Source of the DNA: the human T2T-CHM13v2.0 reference genome, Homo sapiens
Assembly: GCF_009914755.1 (NCBI RefSeq)
Contig: NC_060936.1
Length of the DNA: 64,000 bases
Reading direction: 5' to 3' (one strand)
Made by a program: the position numbers and the translations under genes. Below the pieces are notes generated by a model. That model did no database searches. It had not been told where the DNA came from and saw only the letters and a program-made list of their open reading frames with translations. Below, one piece after another: positions 59,630-64,000 of the stretch. The stretch's first letter is position 1; each line of letters starts with the position of its first letter.

Positions 59630-59901
59630 CCATACCAAGACAGGCCCAGGGAAATGCCTACAAAAAACATTGAGTTGCAATACAGAAGAGTCCTGAGCTT
59701 AGGGAACCCAAATATTTTATAATGGACAGCAAGAATGCCTGCCTTTTCTTTTCCTAAGGAGGAAAATACTATCATTATCTTCCAAGGCTGCTCACTAGAT
59801 AAACATTCTTGAAAAGGTAGTCTAGAGTAACAGGCAGTCAGTGCTTTACTTGCAAGATATGCAGAAATGCAAGAAATCAATAAAGAGTTGTCTTCCAACT
59901 G
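59630..59901 (-). mobile_element. LTR40-like ERVL LTR fragment
   Basis: gagcttagggaaccc...atcttccaaggctg...gcagtcagtgc...gcagaaatgcaaga...ttgtcttccaac. Confidence 0.6.
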
Positions 59902-59983
59902 TCTGTTTATCCCTGTCTACTTAACTGCTACCAAATACAACCCCCTGTAGCATTTTACCTTCTAATATATAAGCATTATTGTT

Positions 59984-60292
59984 GGCCAGGCACGGTGGCT
60001 CACACCTGTAATCCCAGCACTTTGGGAAGCCGAGGTGGGCGGATCACGAGGTCAGGAGTTCAAGACCAGCCTGACCAACATGGTGAAACTCTGTTTCTAC
60101 TAAAAATACAAAAATTAGCTGGGCATGGTGGCACATGCCTGTAATCTCAGCTACCTGGGATGCTGAGGCAGGAGAATTGCTTGAACTGGGACCTGGGAGG
60201 CGGAGGCTGCAGTGAGCCAAGATCATGCCACTGTACTCCAGGCTGGGCTACATGCAGAACGAGACTCCGTCTCAAAAAAAAAAAAAAAAAAA
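59984..60292 (+). mobile_element. AluS
   Basis: Full dimer with small insertions in the right arm. Confidence 0.93.
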
Positions 60293-60678
60293 GTATTATT
60301 ATTAATAACAGAAGATGAAATCATGATTCACGAGCCATTTCTAAGAAACTTCACTCTTGTAAATAAGAGTTAGTTTTGATTACCAGAATTTTTTCTATGT
60401 GCTTTTAGACAATTTGAACAATCCTTTTATATTTTATATATAAATCATGCCTTGTCGAGTCCAGTCTTAATAACCAAATGCCTCTGCAATGAAGTTAGTC
60501 ATCACCCAAAAAGCTTCAGAAATTAAATGAATCAAGTGAGTACTATAGAAAGGGTACATCCTAAAATAAAAGATAGTTGTCACAAGCCAAAGAAGATAAG
60601 GAAGTGTAACAGAATCACACACACACACACACCCACACAACGATATAGCTATAGTATTAGCTATAGCTATAGCTACAG

Positions 60679-60820
60679 ACAGCTACTAGGGAAGGCTGAG
60701 GTGGGACAATCACTTGAGCCCAGAAGGCAGAGGTTGCAGTGAGCTATAATGGCGCCACTACACTGCAGCCTGGACAACAGAGGGAGACCCTGTCTCAAAA
60801 AAATAAAAATAAAAATAAGT
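60679..60820 (+). mobile_element. Alu right monomer
   Basis: cagctactagggaaggctgagg...ctgtctcaaaaaa. Confidence 0.85.
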
Positions 60821-61994
60821 AAAGTATAGCAACTTTAAAATTTCATCAAATTTTTCACTTCTCCCAACCTCCTCTCAAGCTATAACACAATCTTATGCCA
60901 GAATTAACCAAGGATACCAAAGTCCAAAACAGGGGTAGTGTGGTCTACCTCTGAAAAAGCAGTATGAAGTTATTATGTCACTACTTCATTTCAATCTTAG
61001 TTTTGTTTTGTTTTTTTTTAACTATGACAAAGCTAAAATATCATTATGAATTTCAAATGTGAGAAACATTAAGGATTCTAAGCTGTTTCTTATACTAAGG
61101 GCTTCTGCTTAGGAACAACAATTATTTAAAGCATTATGAACTAACAATCAGAAACTGAACTAGGATATTAAGGTGCACACTATAAGGAAAATACAAGATA
61201 ATGCTAAAACTTCAGAAAAATAAATTTAAGAAAACTGGAATCCTTGCTATTTTTCCCTTCTTGGGCACTTGTTACTATCCCCTTCCAAAAACAAATCAGT
61301 TGGTGAGTGGATTTGTAGAAACCTAATCAAAGCTTAGAAGGTATGTCAGATTACGAAACCCAGCTGAAACCTTTTGAGCCTCTAAACCATGAAGCAACTA
61401 ACCATTTGTACTTGCCTTAGAATAGCAGTGTCATGCCAGCTCTGGATTACCTACCTGCTACTACCAAACAGAAAAAAAAAAAAAAAAATTCTTATTTAAG
61501 CCACTGTTCATTTGGCTTTCTATTAAAACAGTAGATCTGTATCTGAATACATCGTTGAAACCCTTTCTGTGAAAAACTGAAGAAGCTAGTGGGGGAAGAA
61601 GACTCGAGATAAGAATAGGCTCATTATTCAAAGGCCAGCATGGCTAAAGCATAGTAAGCAATGAGGAGAACTATCTGAGATAAGGCTCTAGAGACAGTAG
61701 AGTCTGGATTTTATTCACTGTGAAAGAGGAAACCAATGAAAAGCCTATGCAAGGCAGGAACATGATCCACTTTATACTCGAAGACACATTACTAGTTGCT
61801 TTAAATGCATTATTACATAATGTAGTCATCACATAAACCCTATAAAGCAAGTAATTTTTCACTATAGCCCCATTTTCAAAATGAAGACACTAAGGCTCAG
61901 AGTAGTGAAGTAACATGCTGATTGCTCATTCTGCACCATCCACAAAAGCCTCTATGATATGATATTCCTTTAACATGTCAAGCAGATTTCCACA

Positions 61995-62300
61995 TTTTTT
62001 TTCTTTTCTTTTTAGACACAGGGTCTCATTCTGTTGCCCAGTCAGGAGTGTGGTGGCAAGATCATAGTTCACTATAATCTCAAACTATTGGAAACAAGGG
62101 ATCCTCAGCCTTACTCAGCCTCCCAAGTAGTAAGAACTATAGGCACGTGCCACCGGGCCTGGCTTTTTTTTTTTTTTTTTTTTTGTAGAAAAGTCTCACT
62201 ATGTTGCCAAGGCTGGTTTTGAACTCCTGGCCTCAAGCAATCCTCCCTCCTCAGCCATCCAAAGTCCTAGGATTACAGCTGTGAGCCACCACACCCAGCC
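61995..62300 (-). mobile_element. AluJ
   Basis: Diverged reverse dimer. Confidence 0.88.
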
Positions 62301-62938
62301 ACCACAAGGTTTTTGTATCTGCTGTTCTTTGCCTAAAACACTCTTCCTTATGGTTCACTCTCTCACTTCTTGCAGGTTTCTTTGTTTAAATGCCATTTTA
62401 TCAAATAGATCTTCCCTGACCATCCTAGCTACAAATAGCAAAATAGCAACTTGCCTCCTCCCATTCTTTTATTCATCTTTTTACCAACTACTTTTTTTTC
62501 CAAGACACTTAACACCTGACACACACATTTGTTTATATCCCCACATGTAAGTATAGTATATTATATCCCCAAATAGAAGCGCTCCATAAGCAGTTTGTTT
62601 TGTTCAGTGAGGTATTCCCAACACCTAGAAGAGTGCCTATCACAGGAGGTGCCTATCACAGTAGGTGCTCCTTAGACACTTAAGAATTGTGGACTGGCAG
62701 AGATAAGGAGCTAACTTTATCATCAAGCAAACAGACTCTTTATAGTATAATAAAGCAATAAAGGCATGAAGGCTTAATTCACTTCCCTGAAGACATAACT
62801 AACAAAGGAGTATTAGACTGAAGATCTTCCACTTCCAGAAACAACATAAGTTCTCATCAATGAACTACATAAATGAACCCAACTATAGACATAATAAATT
62901 GCCATCCCTATTATTTTTATTAAATGTTATAGTACCAT

Positions 62939-63157
62939 TGTGTTAGTCCATTCTCACACTGCTATAAACAACTGCCCGAGACTGGGTGATTTATAAAAAG
63001 AGGTTTAACTGACTCACAGTTCCACATGGCTGAGAAGGCCTCAGGAAACTTACAATCATGGCAGAAGGCAAAGGGGAAGCAGGGACCTTCTTCACATGGT
63101 GGCAGGACAGAGAAGAGTGAGCAAGAGCAGGGAAAATTGCCTTATAAAACCACCAGA
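62939..63157 (-). mobile_element. Truncated THE1 LTR
   Basis: tgtgttagtccattctcacactgcta...ggcctcaggaaacttacaatcatggcagaagg. Confidence 0.82.
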
Positions 63158-63698
63158 AGTGCTTTTTAAAGTCATTGTATCACCTTTTATCACTCACTTA
63201 GCATCATAAAACAAGCACAAAGAAAAACAAGTTGTGTTACTTAAGTGACACCATTCTCCTTTTCTTAGTTAGCTTCCAAGCAGATCAGCAATCTAAATTT
63301 GACTTTCAGTAATTCAATGGTAATAAAGTATTCCCTCCATCATTCAAGTTAGGTCCAACTCAGGTTATAAAAACTAGTCCCTTCAGACCAATTGCTTGTA
63401 CATTTCTACAGGCACCTTTTTGGCAAACCCACATGGATTTTAAGAAATGGAGAATGAGGAGACAGGAAAATATTAATAAGATGTATCAAACTGTGACAAT
63501 ATGTGAAGAGTACTGTGTATATACAAACAGGAAACAATTGAAAGCCTTCAACATGTGTGGGTTGGGGGAGAGATAACTGAATTAACAGGCCATGTAGTAA
63601 AACTTAAAATCAAATCCAGTAGTCTTGAAGGTATAGTAATTGTTTAGTTTTGAAGGTATAGTAATTAAGTACTGCGCACTAAAAAAAACTGACCAAAA

Positions 63699-64000
63699 GG
63701 CCGGGTGCGGTGGCTCACGCCTGTAATCCCAGCACTTTGGGAAGCCGAGGCAGGCAGATCACGAGGTCAGGAGATCGAGACCATCCTGGCTAACACGGTG
63801 AAACCCCATCTCTACTAAATATACAAAAAATTAGCCAGGCATGGTGGTGGGCACCTGTAGTCCCAGCTACTCAGGCGGCTGAGGCAGGAGAATGGCGTGA
63901 ACCCAGGAGGCGGAGCTTGCAGTGAGCCGAGATCGCGCCACTGCACTCCAGCCTGGGCAAGAGAGCAAGACTCCTTCTCAAAAAAAAAAAAAAAAAAAAA
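63699..64000 (+). mobile_element. AluY
   Basis: gaatggcgtgaacc and ggagcttgcagtg diagnostics; the A tail runs to the window edge. Confidence 0.96.

Noticed and set aside
62633-63666. Short direct repeats (gtgcctatcacag twice at 62633; ttgaaggtatagtaatt twice at 63625)
   Set aside because: Two-copy slippage duplications, not an array or CRISPR-like structure.

Overview
AT-rich, repeat-dense primate (human-like) genomic DNA with no CpG island. The only protein-coding sequence I can support is one 109-nt minus-strand exon (19448-19556). It carries 67 nt of 5'UTR and 14 codons, MEGGLADGEPDRTS, which I recognise as the N-terminus of OSBPL8/ORP8 (long isoform). The window is therefore most likely the first coding exon of OSBPL8 with its flanking introns; I found neither the first exon nor the next coding exon in the window. 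The rest is mostly transposon-derived: about 27 Alus, L1, L2 and MIR fragments, LTR13, LTR28-like, LTR8, MER41B, MLT2A1, an ERVL remnant, a two-LTR MST element, Tigger1, Tigger3 and hAT MERs, often nested. The supplied ORFs are almost all repeat-derived or chance. The most notable structures are a ~240-bp non-Alu inverted repeat enclosing an AluJ (6149-6980), two stop-start-overlapping uORFs ahead of the OSBPL8 start codon, candidate cassette/micro-exons, an MLT2A1 LTR with a perfect DUX4 motif, and a MER41B with two intact GAS sites. Repeat family names come from recall of consensus sequences, and boundaries without target-site duplications (TSDs) are approximate. I cannot show a new biological system from sequence alone.
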